64,000 nucleotides of DNA from Felis catus (lineage: Eukaryota), in contig NC_058368.1 of assembly GCF_018350175.1 (NCBI RefSeq), forward strand, positions 236,718,001 to 236,782,000, in the 5' to 3' direction. Every line of letters starts with the position of its first letter. The first letter of the stretch is position 1. The notes beneath the pieces were generated by a model. It made no database searches. It was not told where the DNA came from and saw only the letters and a list, made by a program, of their open reading frames with translations. Positions 12,781 to 25,329 of the stretch are shown in pieces. The translations under genes and the position numbers were made by a program.

Positions 12781-13824
12781 CTTCACGGCTGCTTTCAGAC
12801 GTGCTGTCCCGGAGTCACCCTGTTCTGAAACCACTTCATCCAAGGTGCGTGGCTGGTGTTCAAAGCATGGCTGCATCCTAAGAATTAGGACCAGACTCCT
12901 CAGACACATAGAACAGCCCTGTGACCTTAGATCCCTAGGTGTCGGTACAGGGAAGACAAAAGTCACCATCGCTGAAACCACGTCGTCAAGGACATTTTTC
13001 CAATAGGGCACGCGGGGAGAAAGCTCATTTTGCGAGACCCCAGGATGGCAAACCAGGAGCCATCTCATGGCGCTATGGTCACAAAAGGCGGAAGCAAACG
13101 AGAGCCCCTGTACAGAGAAGCAGGTCAGGGAGGACAGCTTCCACCGGCAGGTGGCAGAAAACTTACCAGAAGGCATAAAATATCCGCTCTCAGTTGGAGT
13201 CATTATTGTGCATTAAAATCTAGGGCTGGGTGTTCCAGGCTGAAGCTGAATTTTACACTGTTTGTATTATTTGTATAAAGCTCTCCTCAGACATGTAACC
13301 TGGTCCTGGGCATTTGCCAGAGTAAAGCCAAGGGAGCTTTTTATGAATAGAATAGAGTTTTACACCAAAGAACATTCTTTCCAGGTGAGCTATATGAAAA
13401 ATCTCTTCTCTAAACACAGAAGGATTAACGGATAATTAAATGTCCCCAAGCCCCAGTCTTGTCTGCTCTCCGTGTCCTAAGGTGAGTTTATCCCTCCCCA
13501 GCACCCGTGCACACGTCCATGCTGGACTGTGGACAGAGTACCACTGCCCTGGAGGGGTGACGATGTGCAGATCATGGTGGCCATGGCAGGGTCAGGAAGA
13601 GGAGCGAGGGGTGACCTCACCTCTGCTTTCAGAAAGCCAAGCTGTGGCGAGGAGGCCAGGAAGGACACAGAACCACATCAGTTACCCTATGGGAGGACGT
13701 GCCATGAAGAACCGTTCACTGGGCAACAGCAGGGAGGCCCAGGCCAGCACGCCACCATGCTGTAGCAGCTGCGAAAGCAGCCACCACCCCAAAGACTCGG
13801 GGAACAAACAGAAGAAGCTAAATT

Positions 13825-14056
13825 ATTTTTAATAATGTGCATTTATTTCTGAGAGAGAAAAAGTGAGTGAGAGAGAGAGAGAGAGAGAGAGCACAAGCAG
13901 GGGAGGGGCAGAAAGAGGGAGAGACAGAATCTGAAACAGGCTCCAGGCTCAGAGCTATTAGCACAGAGCCCGATGCAGGGCTCGAACTCGCGGACTGCGA
14001 GATCGTGACCTGAGCCGAAGTCAGACGCTTAACTGACGGAGCCACCCGGGCGCCCC
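13825..14056 (-). mobile_element. Can-SINE (SINEC_Fc-like)
   Basis: Antisense full-length copy; TSD AGAAGAAGCTAAATT/AGAGGAAGCTGAATT. Confidence 0.95.
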
Positions 14057-15797
14057 AGAGGAAGCTGAATTCAGGAACCTGGGGAGAAGCCCCACAGTGT
14101 GGACCCTAAGACCTCTGAGGATGGGGGGCCCTGTCCCACCAGCGTTGTGGGGTTTCAAGGGCACCATGAGGCTGATTCGAGAAACTGGGATCACTGGGCC
14201 TACCGGAACAGCTCGCACCCACCCGGGAGGCCCAGGAGGCCGCAGTCGCGCTGTTGGAACAGGAGGCTGACATGAAGCAAGGTGCCCTCCCGGGGCAGCT
14301 GGTCCAGGAGAGACGGACACAGAGGCCCAGCCTCGCAGGGTGGAGCAAACAGTCACTGTCCCAACAGACATTCGGAGAGCCTCACCGGACACTCCAGAGA
14401 GCTGGGGCAGGTTGATGGACATCGTGCCCCCTCAGTGAGCCAGACCTTAGACAAGACAGGACAAAGGTGGTAAACCAGCGAAAGTGAGATTTCCCCATTT
14501 TTGTCTTTCTGGGTGAAACAGCGTCTTCCCTTCTGCCCCAAGAGCCAGCTTTGCAGCTTTGGAAGGCACCGTGGCTGTGGCACCTGCTCCCTTCCTGGGC
14601 AGGATGTCGAAGAACAACATCCTCCCACGGAGGCGTCCCTGCCACTGGGCTGGCGACTGTAATGGTTCCAGACCGTACGAAACACTTTATTTAATCTGCC
14701 GAGTCCGAATGCTGTGTTCACAGGTGTAATCCAGGCAAGCCCATCTGACACTTACCTGCAGACCGCAGTGACTTCCGGCAGATCTCCCACGGACGTCCCC
14801 GAGGGTGAGCCTCCTTCCGTCCTGTCGGTGCGAGTCTAGCCACACTCTTCTTGGGAGGCTCTGGGCCGTGAAGCAAGATGGATCTTAGCACGCAGGAGTC
14901 ACAAGTGATGTCCCCGTCACAGTGATATCTGTCCCATGGTCTCCGGAGAGACCTTTGGATGGATGAGGGCAGAGGGGAATTTCCCATTGTCCTGATGCTA
15001 AAGACCTAAGGCACAGCCCAGCTGGGCACCAGGACCGTGCGGCTGACCTGGTGTGTCACCGGGGCAGAGGCTCCCCGTCATGTGCATCAAAGCGATCTGG
15101 TCTGAAGACACGCAGGCTGGTGGCTTTGCTGCCCCGAGGGTGGGTGAGTGTCTCTCCATTCTGTTTCAAGAGGGGAGAGGAATGGCCATGGACCCCTCCT
15201 GGAAAAAGCAGCCAACCCCCCCCCCACCCACTGACTGGGGTGTTACCCTCATCAACTTTTGGGAAAGCACTCTCAGTGGACTTCGGCCAAGAGCATTTTG
15301 TGTCTGGAAGAGCTGCCGGTGACGGGCGCTGCGCCCCTCATCCCAGGAAGCCTGGGAAAGACGATCGGAGCCTGTGAGCCGGGAACAGTGAGCCCACCAG
15401 CTCCTGAGCGTCAGCGGGACCAGCAAACTCTGCTAGAGCCGCTTGGCGGGGCCGCGGTTTGCCGACTGCTTCTTCTTACTCCCAGGACCCCCTAACTCAG
15501 GAAGCCTTTCCCTGCACGTGAGTCTGCTCCATTCAAGGACCTTGGGGATGGGGAAAGCAAAGACCGTGCCTTTCTGTAGATGGCAAGCTGCAGAAAAATA
15601 ACTCAGCCGAGGTCCCACAGAGGCGAGTTCAAGGCGCGGCAGGACCACTTCCTTCCCCTTCAGGATGGCGGCTCGGAGCTGCGGCCTTTCTGAGCGGCCT
15701 TGGCTGAGATTTGCATAAAAGGAATAAATACACGGTTTCTTCATAAAGAGTTTCATCAAATATAAATCTATTGACATATGTGTATATGGTACATTTG

Positions 15798-15798
<1 letters not shown>

Positions 15799-15840
<42 letters not shown>
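15799..15840. repeat. (AC)n microsatellite, about 21 units
   Basis: Perfect dinucleotide run. Confidence 0.97.
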
Positions 15841-15843
<3 letters not shown>

Positions 15844-15946
15844 TTCATCAGACTATGAAATCCTAGGGCCGTTTCAGCCCTGGGCCCAAGCACTTTGCAT
15901 CACCAAATATCCCACAGCATTGGCTGGCATTCTGGCCTAAACTCAG

Positions 15947-15995
15947 TGCATTAGTCCGGGCCCTCCAGAGAAATAGCGCATACCCTACATGTGCC

Positions 15996-16037
<42 letters not shown>

Positions 16038-16447
16038 GAGAGACTGTAAGGAGTTGGCTCACATGATCACGGACAGTAGTGTCCTGGGACCTACAGGGCC
16101 AGATGGCCATCGGGAGACCCAGGAGATCTGGTGGTATAGTTCCATCTGAACCATCTGAAGTCGGCAGCTGGGGACCCAGGAAGAGCTAATGTATCAGCTC
16201 GAGTCTGAAGGCAGCCAGGCCAGAGGAGCGCTCTCTCAGAGCCTTTTTGTTCTCTTCTGGCCTTCAACTGATTTGTTGTGGCCCACTCTCTCTCCACAGG
16301 GGAGAGCAGCATGCTGGACTTCATCTACTAACTAAAATGTTAGCCTCCTCCAGAAACTCCCTCGCAAACCCACTGAGAATAATGTTGACCTGAATATCTG
16401 GGCGTCCCGTGGACCAATCCAGTTGACATGTAACATGAGCCATCACT
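15947..16447 (-). mobile_element. MLT2-type (ERVL) solo LTR with internal (TA)n(GA)n
   Basis: TGCATTAGTCCGGGCCCTCCAGAGAAA at one end and CAGTTGACATGTAACATGAGCCATCAC at the other match antisense MLT2 termini; the internal microsatellite is characteristic. Confidence 0.85.
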
Positions 16448-19400
16448 CATAGTAGAGTTACTTGTAGTCTGGCAACTGCCTTTTAACAACTCCCAAGCCC
16501 GCTTTACCCACAGATGCTGAAGGACAGCTCTTGGGCTTTAAGACCTTGGCCAGCTCTTGACCACGCCTTGTCAAAGTCTCCTCAAGCCCACCCTTGACTG
16601 CTGCCTCCCTCTCTCTTCCGGCTTCCCTCCCTGGCAGGGTCAGGGAGGAAGGTGCAGAGGAAGAAGGGGGAGGCACAGTCCGTCCACGTGGCCCCAAAGT
16701 AACAAAACCCAATGTTCTATTTCAGGGCGATTTTCACGAGGACCACTGAGCGGCCCCAGGAGGAGGCTCCATTCTCCCACTGCCGAAAGATACGGGTGGG
16801 AAGGGAAGTTCCAGTGGGGTGAATGTGGCAAAACCAGCACCAGCCTCCCCCTTCCCCAGTCATCAGAGCACTGAGTGGGTGCCGCCTGTGTCCCAGGCCG
16901 GGCTCCCTAGAAACAGACGGACTCGGGTGTAGCTGGTTTACCCAGGAGGTGATCTCAAGAGGCAGCACGAGAGGGTCTCGGTGCCCCTGGGGTCCTCCGG
17001 GAACGCTTAGACACCACAGAACTCATTTTTGTGTTTCTCATCCCATTATTGCCTTTTGCGTCTGCCTTTGGTTGACAGTCCTGGACCCGGCTCCCCCCGG
17101 CATTGCCAGAGTCATGGCCGGGGGCTGGCAGAGGCTCAGCCCGCCCGCCCTGGGAGTGGTGGGAGCACAGGACAGTGAGGCCGGTGAGGTGTGGGCGGGC
17201 CTCCCCTGTGCTCGGTCCCCACCGAGCCAGGTTAGGACTGCGGATCAGGGTAACCAGGCTCAAAAGGTACCTGTGAAGGTAACTGTCACTTAAGATGGAA
17301 GAGATGTTTTAGCAGAATTTGCATTTTCGGAAAGAAATGTCTGGCTCCAGCTGTAGTCTTTGCTGTATCTCGGGTGTCACGTTTGGAGCCTGCCGATTAC
17401 CGTCTCCTGCGTGGCGACACCCTGGGTGTGGGGTGGCGCCCTGACCCCACAGTTGTGTCAGGGGAGGACCAACGAGACCCTGCCCAGTGACCTCCGTGGA
17501 GGCCGTGTGCCCAGCACGTGAGCGGTCCACAGGGAGACTCCCTCATGGCCCGTCACTGGACTCTGTGGGCACTGAATGACCGTGTTCAGGAACGTTCTCT
17601 GGGGAATCCTGTAATAGGCCCCAGACTCCAAAAGTAGCCCCGCCCGTCACTGCTGTATCTTCAGGGGCCATCACACACGACTCGGACAGCTCTGCTTTTA
17701 GGAACCCGTAATTCCGGAACCAGAAAACCCTGACGATTGACACTTGGAGCCTCAAAGGGGAGTCACAGTGGCTGGTGGGAGAAACTTGGGGTTTTACCAG
17801 AGGACTCTCAGCCAAGGGGCTACTCTTGGGGCAGATTTTCTGCAGTTCCCGAGCGATCTCCCAAGCACGGGTCGTGGTGTCGACGGGTCATCCGGCACCA
17901 CGTCCTCCACCGGCCAACACACCCTCCCAGACGCAAGGCCCGTGACACCCACGCCCCTGAACCCGGGGGCGAGCTAGGGTGCAGCCACCACTCCGCGTGC
18001 CCCACCTCCATCAGGCCCTGTCGCCCCCACGGGAGAAATCACCGGGCACCACCCCAAGTCACTAGCATCCACTTGGACCCATGCTTGTCGTGAGGGAAGG
18101 TTGGCTTAACGCCACCCATGTGGCCAGGAGCGCCTCTGAATGACGCACGGCCCGGCTCTGTGTGCCCAGGTGGTAGTCCTGGTTGAGGTGAGTATGGGGA
18201 GGGGAGCTGGGATCCCCGCTGCACCTGGGCCGCCTAGTCGGGGCTGGAAACTTGAGAGCCATGGGCGTGACTCAACCAAACCTGGGAGTCTCGTTTGCAT
18301 ATGCCTCTGTGTCCTCTGTTCTCATCATTCCCGGCACACAGTCTCCAAAAGCAAACCTTTCTCCCAAAGGGGAGGTTCGGCGAGACCGAGTGGAGAGGAC
18401 GTGCGAACGGGCGAGTTCTCGGGGCCCTCGGCAGAGGGACACAGCGTGTGACTCGGGGATCGCCCATCATGTTCCCCACACAGCACCGGGAAGGCTGTGC
18501 GTGGCTGTGACATCACATCCTGCTACGTCTGTGTTGGTTGACTGCAGAGGCCGGCTCCTTTTATAGCTGCTTCTTTGTACTCTCTATTTATTTTGAAGAT
18601 GGGTTTAAGGCAAAGGAAAGATCTGTCCTGTGGTTTTGAATAAACAAAGCATTTTTGAAAGTCGGGAAGACAGGAGTCAGGGGCAGCTCTGAAAGGAACG
18701 TCTGCGAGCACTCAGCTCAGATGAAATTCTACTTTATTCCGTTTCTCTGTACACGTACGTCTTGGCGGATTTTTTTTTTTTTGGCTTCTTTTGTCTTTAA
18801 AACAACAAAGAAAGCACTCTTGTGTTTCTCTTTCACTTCCTCTCTGATAGAGGCTCACTCTTTCCTAAAGGCTGTGCCATCCTCACTGTCCAGCCCCGAA
18901 AAGGCAGAAACAAGGAAATGGCCAACACCTCAAGGACAGTCCCGGCGTAAGTACCCTGCACCCAGCTCCCGTGTCTCCCATGGGCCCCTGCCCCCTGGCA
19001 CAACCCTGGCTTCACTGACGTCCGCCCAGCACCCAGCTCCCCCCGATGGCCCTCTCCTGTCTCTGAGCAGCCTGAAGGCCTCACCGCAAACAGTGGGTCT
19101 GCCCTACTGCGACGGAGACCACACAATTCATCTCTTTCTTGAGCACGAGCCATAATATGCACTTAGCTTTAAGTGCACGGCCTAAATGCAGAGTCCTGTC
19201 CACCCAGAGCTGCACAGGCTTGTGTTTTGTTAACTGATTACACACTAACCTTTCTGAAGTCTGTCAAATATCAGAAGCAAGAAGCCCTGAACATTCTAGA
19301 GGCTTACATCCTGAGATGCCAGAAATCCTCATGTTTGGAAATATCGACATGTGAATATAATCTTCTCTTCCCTTATGTGTAGAGTGGAGCTTTTAAAATT

Positions 19401-19607
19401 GGTGATTATTGAGTATGTTAATTCAGGAATGTGCTGGATACTCTGTACATTTTTGTTTGATTATGGGGTATCTGATTGAAAGAAAATTTGAACATATGTA
19501 TTGTATAATTATAGTTGTTGATCTTAAAAAACTTAGATTCTTTTTTAATTGTGAAACAACTCAGGGAACAGGTAAACCATATCAGCACTCAAGTAACATC
19601 GATTGTA

Positions 19608-19808
19608 GGGCACCTGTGGCTCAGTCACTGAAGCGTCTGACTCTTGGTTTTGGCTCAGGTCATGATCTCACCGTTCCTGGGAGTATCGTGTTGGGCTCTG
19701 ACACCGTAGAACCTGCTTGGGATTCTCCCTCTCTCTCTGCCCCTCCTCTGCTTACTCATTCCCTCTCTCTCTCTCTCTTTCCCAAAAATGAATAAAGTTA
19801 AGAAAAAA
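19608..19808 (+). mobile_element. Can-SINE (SINEC), older copy
   Basis: SINEC head and body; degenerate TSD AAGTAACATCGATTGT/AAGAAACATCTTTTGT. Confidence 0.9.
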
Positions 19809-19819
19809 GAAACATCTTT

Positions 19820-20239
19820 TGTCTTAGTCAGGGTTCTCTGGAGAAACAGAATCAATAATAGTTAAGAAATTCCAAGATCTATAGTTGGTGAGCTGGTGAC
19901 CCATGAGGGCCAGTGACATAGGTTCCATTCTGAGTCCCATTCTGAAGGCAGGAGAAGACTGATGTTCCCAGCTCTACGACAGTTAGGCAGAGAGAAAGAG
20001 AGAGAGAGTGTGTGTGTGTGTAAACTTTCCCTTAGTCAGCCTTTTGGTTCTACTCATGCCTCCAACTGATTGGATGAGGCCCACCCACACTGGGAAGGAT
20101 CATAGGCTTTATTCAGTCTACTAATTTAAATGCTAATCTCATGCAGAAATACCCTCACAGACAAGCCCAAGATGATGCTTGATGAAATGTCTGGCACCCC
20201 AAAGCCTGGTCAAGTTGATACCTAAGATTAACCATCACA
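19820..20239 (-). mobile_element. MLT2-type (ERVL) solo LTR
   Basis: TGTCTTAGTCAGGGTTCTCTGGAGAAACAGAA ... ACTGATTGGATGAGGCCCACCCACA ... CAAGTTGATACCTAAGATTAACCATCACA. Confidence 0.9.
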
Positions 20240-20959
20240 ACTATTAAGCCCACAGTTTGAATATATATAACCACAGACTTGGCTTCATCTCTGTCCTCAA
20301 GAGAAAAACACCTAAACCCTCCTGTAGCTTGATGGGGCTGTGCTGGAGAGGCAGTGGTGTATGTGTGGAAGACGAGGACTTTCCGGAGAGACAGGGCTTG
20401 GTCTGGATCCTCAGGCACAAAGGGGGCATCAGAAAGAGCAAGGATGCATAAGCTGACCCACAAGACTGTTCTGGGTGACTGGAATATGGCCAGCTACCTG
20501 CCACAGGAGAGTGAGGACTGACTGGTGTGCCTGGCTTTCCGAGGGCTGGAGGTTTCCAGGAAGAGAGTGATATGGAGCAGTGTGCTGAGGAAAAAGGAAC
20601 CCATAGAAAACTGTAACGGTCAGACAGTATCTGGACTGGTTCGCACTCAGCCACAAAATTCACGAAGGATAATGGCGAGTGGGAACAGTGGAGAGCAGCT
20701 GGCCAGAAGGCCGAACAGCCTTGAAGCCATTTCCCGATAATTGTACTTCCCAAGAGTGCGTCTCCTTTCATACAGTGTTATAGCTGCCCAGACAGTTCTT
20801 TATTCAGAAACACTAGAGGACATGATCTCCCTCTTCAAGTGGGCAGAAAACTGAGACACACGAAGGTAAGTGTCTGGTCCAATTCCACAGCCCTAATATG
20901 TCAGGAATTCATTAACAAAGTCAATGTCTGATGTCTGGCGTGATGGGAAAATATTTTAA

Positions 20960-21130
20960 GAGAGAGCAGCAGAGTGGACCCAATCTGTATCGTTCCCAAG
21001 AGGAAAATCATCACCACTAAGTGAAAGTAACAGGGAAGCAAATGTTAGGTTGACATAAGGAAAGACTTTGAGACCATCAGAATCCTTTAGAACCACACGA
21101 ACTGTTTTCAGAATGGCTCCTGGAAGGATC
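20960..21130 (+). mobile_element. CR1/L3 LINE fragment (ancient)
   Basis: GGGAAGCAAATGTTAGGTTGACATAAGGAAAGACTTT..ACCATCAGA resembles the conserved CR1/L3 3' coding segment. Confidence 0.5.
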
Positions 21131-22324
21131 CCCAGATGGGCTCGGTGTGGTGGTGTGGGTTTTCATGTCAGGAAGGAAGGAGGATGGCAAGAGGAGAAGG
21201 TGCGAGCAAAGGCACCGTTGGACTCCAAAAAGCGAGAGTCAGGAGTCTGAGAGTTAAGCGTGAGCATGGGGACGTCAACGTTCCAGTGGAACTTCGGCTG
21301 GAGGAGGAAACATGGCGGGTGAGGGGGTCTCTCCACCCCCACCCACAGGCAGTCCTCTTGTCTTCCGGCGCTGAGCCTCGGCTGCGGGCATTCTCTTATC
21401 TCATTCCCATCCTTGTCGTCTAACCCTGAGACTCTTGTCTACTGGCAAGCATGCCTTATAGATGTCTGCAGTGGAATCGCTTGAAGGAAATTGTTTATTA
21501 ATATTAAAAAGCGAAAACATGATCCTAGGTACCTTCGCTGGCTGTGATCATAAAGCAAAGTAGGTCGAAGAACATCTCATTGAAAATGAGGAGCCAGACT
21601 CCATCCACAATCTCCCCATAATGATAGTTAAGGGACTGTTTTAAAGAGATGCATAGAAGGACAAAGCAGATGGAAACGAGATAAAAATGAAAAACCATGG
21701 GGACTGAGAAACAGATGAGCAGACGTCAATATGACACAGTGTGCTAAATTCTAAGTACGTGGTGGGTGAGCTGGGAGGTGCTGGCCGACAGGAGACACAG
21801 TCAGGCCCCTCAGCGATACCCGGAGGTGCCATGTTTTTCCGGAAGCGGATGAGGGCAGACTGGAGTCTACAGGAAGGGTGGAGAGAGTGCTCAGAGGACT
21901 GCTGGACTCCCAGATGGCCTTCTCCACAAGGCCGTGGAGGCGGGCTCTCCTGACCCTGGTGGAAGCCAGGAGGCGTATTCTCCAGTAGGATCTCCAAGAG
22001 GCCTGCGCTGCAGGAGGCACAGCATGCTGTCACGCTGAACCAGCAGGATAGAGTGGAAGCCTGTGTCATGGTGAGACCCCCCAGCCTTTCCCAGATCAGC
22101 TACCAGTGGCCAGACTCACATGGGCCGGGTGAGGAGACCGGCAGATGCTTTTCTGGGCGAGCCGACCAACCCAAGAGGAAAGGAGCCCCCACAGACACAG
22201 GCCAGCCAGATGAGCCAGCCCAGCCCACACCCAAAACCTTCCAGAACCACAGAATCATTCCCATGTCCCTCCTAAACCAGAGTAGAGAGTCACAATCACG
22301 GAGCTTCTGCAATGTGAGGAAAAG

Positions 22325-22364
22325 ACACACACACACATGCACATGTTTGTTTCCTGAGACATAA

Positions 22365-22400
<36 letters not shown>

Positions 22401-22407
22401 ATGTGTG
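22325..22407. repeat. (AC)n and (GT)n microsatellites in inverted arrangement
   Basis: AC run at 22325-22337 and GT run at 22367-22399; CACACATGCACA (22332-22343) is the reverse complement of 22396-22407. Confidence 0.9.
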
Positions 22408-23024
22408 AAGTGAAACCACAAACAAAGACAAATTTCAGGAAGATAACATGTCCACAAACAGCTAAGTGACGTCCTCAAGGGTCAGAGAAGCCCTATGTGC
22501 TTGAAATGGTAAAAGGAAACTATGAAAAAGGAATGCATTTGGAATAGAGAAAAAATGCCTCCTGTAAATTAAATATATGAAAGTAGCAACTGAAAATTAA
22601 ATAGGTCTGAAGGATAAAGTTGAGTGAAATGTACAGCAAAAAACAAAAACAAAAAAGAAGACGATGATGATGATGACAGTACCATTCTGAAAGTCTGACA
22701 TCTCAAGACTAGGAAGAACAGGAAAAGAGGGAAGTGGAAAGAATAAAATCGTCACCAAGATAATTCCAGAAGATCCCCTAAACGAAGGCCAGGAAGTCCA
22801 TGTGTGACAGGAGCATCCTGGATAGGTCTTACCACGCCTAGCATTGTGGAATTCAGAACACTGTGGTTACAGACCAGCTCCAAGAGCACTTTCCAGAGGG
22901 GAGTATACAGAAACAGGTCACATGAGAATACACAAGAAGAAAAACCGCTCTGGGCTTCGCTAGGGCAGTGATGGAAACACGTCACCACATTGTAAGGGAA
23001 TGTGATTTTCAATCTAGAATCATG

Positions 23025-23178
23025 TTGCTCGCATTCGCTTTCTCTCTCTCTCTCTCACAAAATAAATAAGTACACATTTTTAAATATATAATTATATTTA
23101 TATTTAAATTTATTAAATTTATTTAAATTATATTTAAATTAAGTTAACTTTATTTAATCATATATTTATAATTATATT
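23025..23178 (+). repeat. 5'-truncated SINE tail (CT tract + AATAAA) followed by an AT-rich low-complexity tract
   Basis: GCTCGCATTCGCTTTCTCTCTCTC..CACAAAATAAATAA, then almost pure A/T at 23077-23178. Confidence 0.7.
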
Positions 23179-23282
23179 CAAGAAAAACTATCCAGAAATA
23201 AAGAGGGGAGCCAAAAGACACTTTGAAGCATTCTAGATCCCGAATATCATTCCCTCCCAATCAGCAAGAAGCCGGAAAATTT

Positions 23283-23505
23283 GGGCACCTGGAGGGCTCA
23301 GTCAGTGAAGCATCTGACTTTTGGTTTGGGCTCAGGTCATGAGCTCACAATTCGTGAGTTCGAGCCCCACACCGGGCTCCGTGCTGACGGTGCGGAACCT
23401 GCTTGGGATTCTCTCCCTCTCCTTCTCTCTGCCCCTCCCCTGCTCACTCTTTCTATCTCTTTCAAAATACAGAAATAAACTTTAAAAATTAAAGAAAAAG
23501 AAAAA
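23283..23505 (+). mobile_element. Can-SINE (SINEC)
   Basis: SINEC head, body and tail; degenerate TSD AAGAAGCCGGAAAATT/AAGATGCTGGAAAATT. Confidence 0.93.
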
Positions 23506-23947
23506 AGAAAGATGCTGGAAAATTGACACCGAGAAAATGAAGAAGTAAACCAAGAAAGAGGTCCACACAGAAGCAGGGGAAACGGGGTCCAATACAAGAG
23601 AAGGGCAGAGGAGGATCCTTCCAGGGTGGGAGCGGGAGACCCTGCGGAGAAGCCCTGGGGCCCCTGCGGTCCCAAGGAGCAGGTGGGAAGTCTCCCGAGG
23701 GGGCTCTTCAGGTGGGGAGGATCGCGAGGGTCACCCAGACGCCCAGGTGTTCCGATACATGGAGGAAGGTCTGATGGCCAGCGCAGTTTGGAGATGGATT
23801 AGTGATCACTACACAGCCAAATAAACCAACTAAAAAACAAGAGGCTTTTAGCTGAAACAACAGTTGTCTAAGAAAGAGAAAACAACCATATACGACATGA
23901 CTCAGCTTTAAATACTATTATATCATTTTAAGAATGATTCAGCCTTT

Positions 23948-24170
23948 GGGGCGCCTGGGTGGTGCAGTTGGTTAAGCGTCCGACTTCAGCCAGGTCACGA
24001 TCTCGCGGTCCGTGAGTTCGAGCCCCGCGTCGGGCTCTGGGCTGAAGGCTCGGAGCCTGGAGCCTGTTTCCGATTCTGTGTCTCCCTCTCTCTCTGCCTC
24101 TCCCCCATTCATGCTCTGTCTCTCTCTGTCCCAAAAATAAATAAAAACATTGAAAAAAAATTAAAAAAAA
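23948..24170 (+). mobile_element. Young felid SINEC_Fc
   Basis: CAGCCAGGTCACGATCTCGCGGTCCG, CTGTTTCCG and GTCCCAAAAA diagnostics; TSD AAGAATGATTCAGCC (23930-23944 / 24171-24185). Confidence 0.96.
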
Positions 24171-24720
24171 AAGAATGATTCAGCCGTAAGTATGATTCAC
24201 GTGTACTGGCTGGATGGTGAAGGAGGAAGAAAGTGTGGGGTTACGTGAGGTAGGGAGGGGGGCTCAGAGAGAGAAAAAGAGTCTCAATCCTAATTTTCCA
24301 GAAGGGAGGTCACACGCAATATCCCAAACTGAGAGTACGGGAAAATAACAACACGGAGGAAACTGATATTTATGCAGTACAAGACACAGATACAATATTA
24401 TACATTATATCTCAAAAAGCTATAGTCAAATATCAAGTTTTCATATATTTGTGGGGCTGATACCAGGCTTTCTACTGTGCTGTGTTGGTGGATTTATCTA
24501 CCTCTGTAGCAACACCACACGTGTAATTGTTAGCACTTCACAATAAGCTGTGACGTCTAGACGGCAAGTATCCACCATATCCTTCTTGTTGAGGAATTTA
24601 TCCTTCCTTTTGGGTGGTTGCTCTTTCCTGAAAATTTTAAAATGTTAAAAAAAATTAAAATCTTGTCCAATATTGTTTTATTAGAATATTGAACAGAGGA
24701 CAGAGAGATTAGATACTCTC

Positions 24721-24926
24721 TTTTCAATGTTTATTTATTTTTGAGAGACAGAGACAGAACAGGAGTGGGGTAGGGGCAGAGAGAGAGGGAGACACAGAAT
24801 CCACAGTAGGCTCCAGGCTCTGAGCTGTCAGTACCGAGCCTGATGTGGGGCTCAAACCCACGAATGGTGAGATCATGACCTGAGCCGAAGTCAAACGCTT
24901 AACCCACTGAGCCACCCGGGTGCCTC
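24721..24926 (-). mobile_element. Can-SINE (SINEC_Fc-like)
   Basis: Antisense full-length copy; TSD ATTAGATACTCT/ATTAAATACTCT. Confidence 0.94.
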
Positions 24927-24950
24927 AGGACATTAAATACTCTTGAACAT

Positions 24951-25152
24951 GGGGCGCCAAAGTGTTTCAGTCTGTCCAACTTCCAACTTCAGCTCAGGTC
25001 ATGATCTCTCAAGCTCCGCAACGGGTTCTGTGCTGACAGCTCGGAGCCTGCTTCGGATTCTGTGTCTCCTTCTATCTCTCTGTCCCCCTCCCTGACTCAT
25101 GCTCTGTCTTACTCTGTCTCTCAAAAATAAATAAATGTTAAAAAAAATTTAA
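24951..25152 (+). mobile_element. Can-SINE (SINEC), internally diverged
   Basis: GGGGCGCC head, CT tract, A-tail; TSD AAATACTCTTGAACAT/AAAATCCTCTTGAACAT. Confidence 0.92.
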
Positions 25153-25329
25153 AAAATCCTCTTGAACATGGGTCATCTTTTTTTTTTCTTAATTTTCATC
25201 TTCTCTGGGGTCTTGACATAATTTCTTCTCTTCTCCAACCTCCTTGATGATTTCTTCCCATCTCCTGACTTTGTTGCCTCTACTCTGGCAGATACCCCTG
25301 TGCATCCCTGCCTGAACCGTCTTCAACTC

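Larger units (their letters stand above)
22480..24400 (+). mobile_element. HAL1 / L1 ORF1-like remnant interrupted by SINEs and an AT-rich tract
   Basis: GAAGGATAAAGTTGAG..., GCATTGTGGAATTCAGAACACTG and GAAGAAGTAAACCAAGAAAGAGG...GAAACGGGGTCCAATACAAGAGAAGGGC resemble the recalled HAL1 consensus; no intact ORF. Confidence 0.55.

Noticed and set aside
12508..13203. Longest ORF in the window (231 aa)
   Set aside because: Partly antisense to an L1MC 3' UTR relic; no recognisable homology
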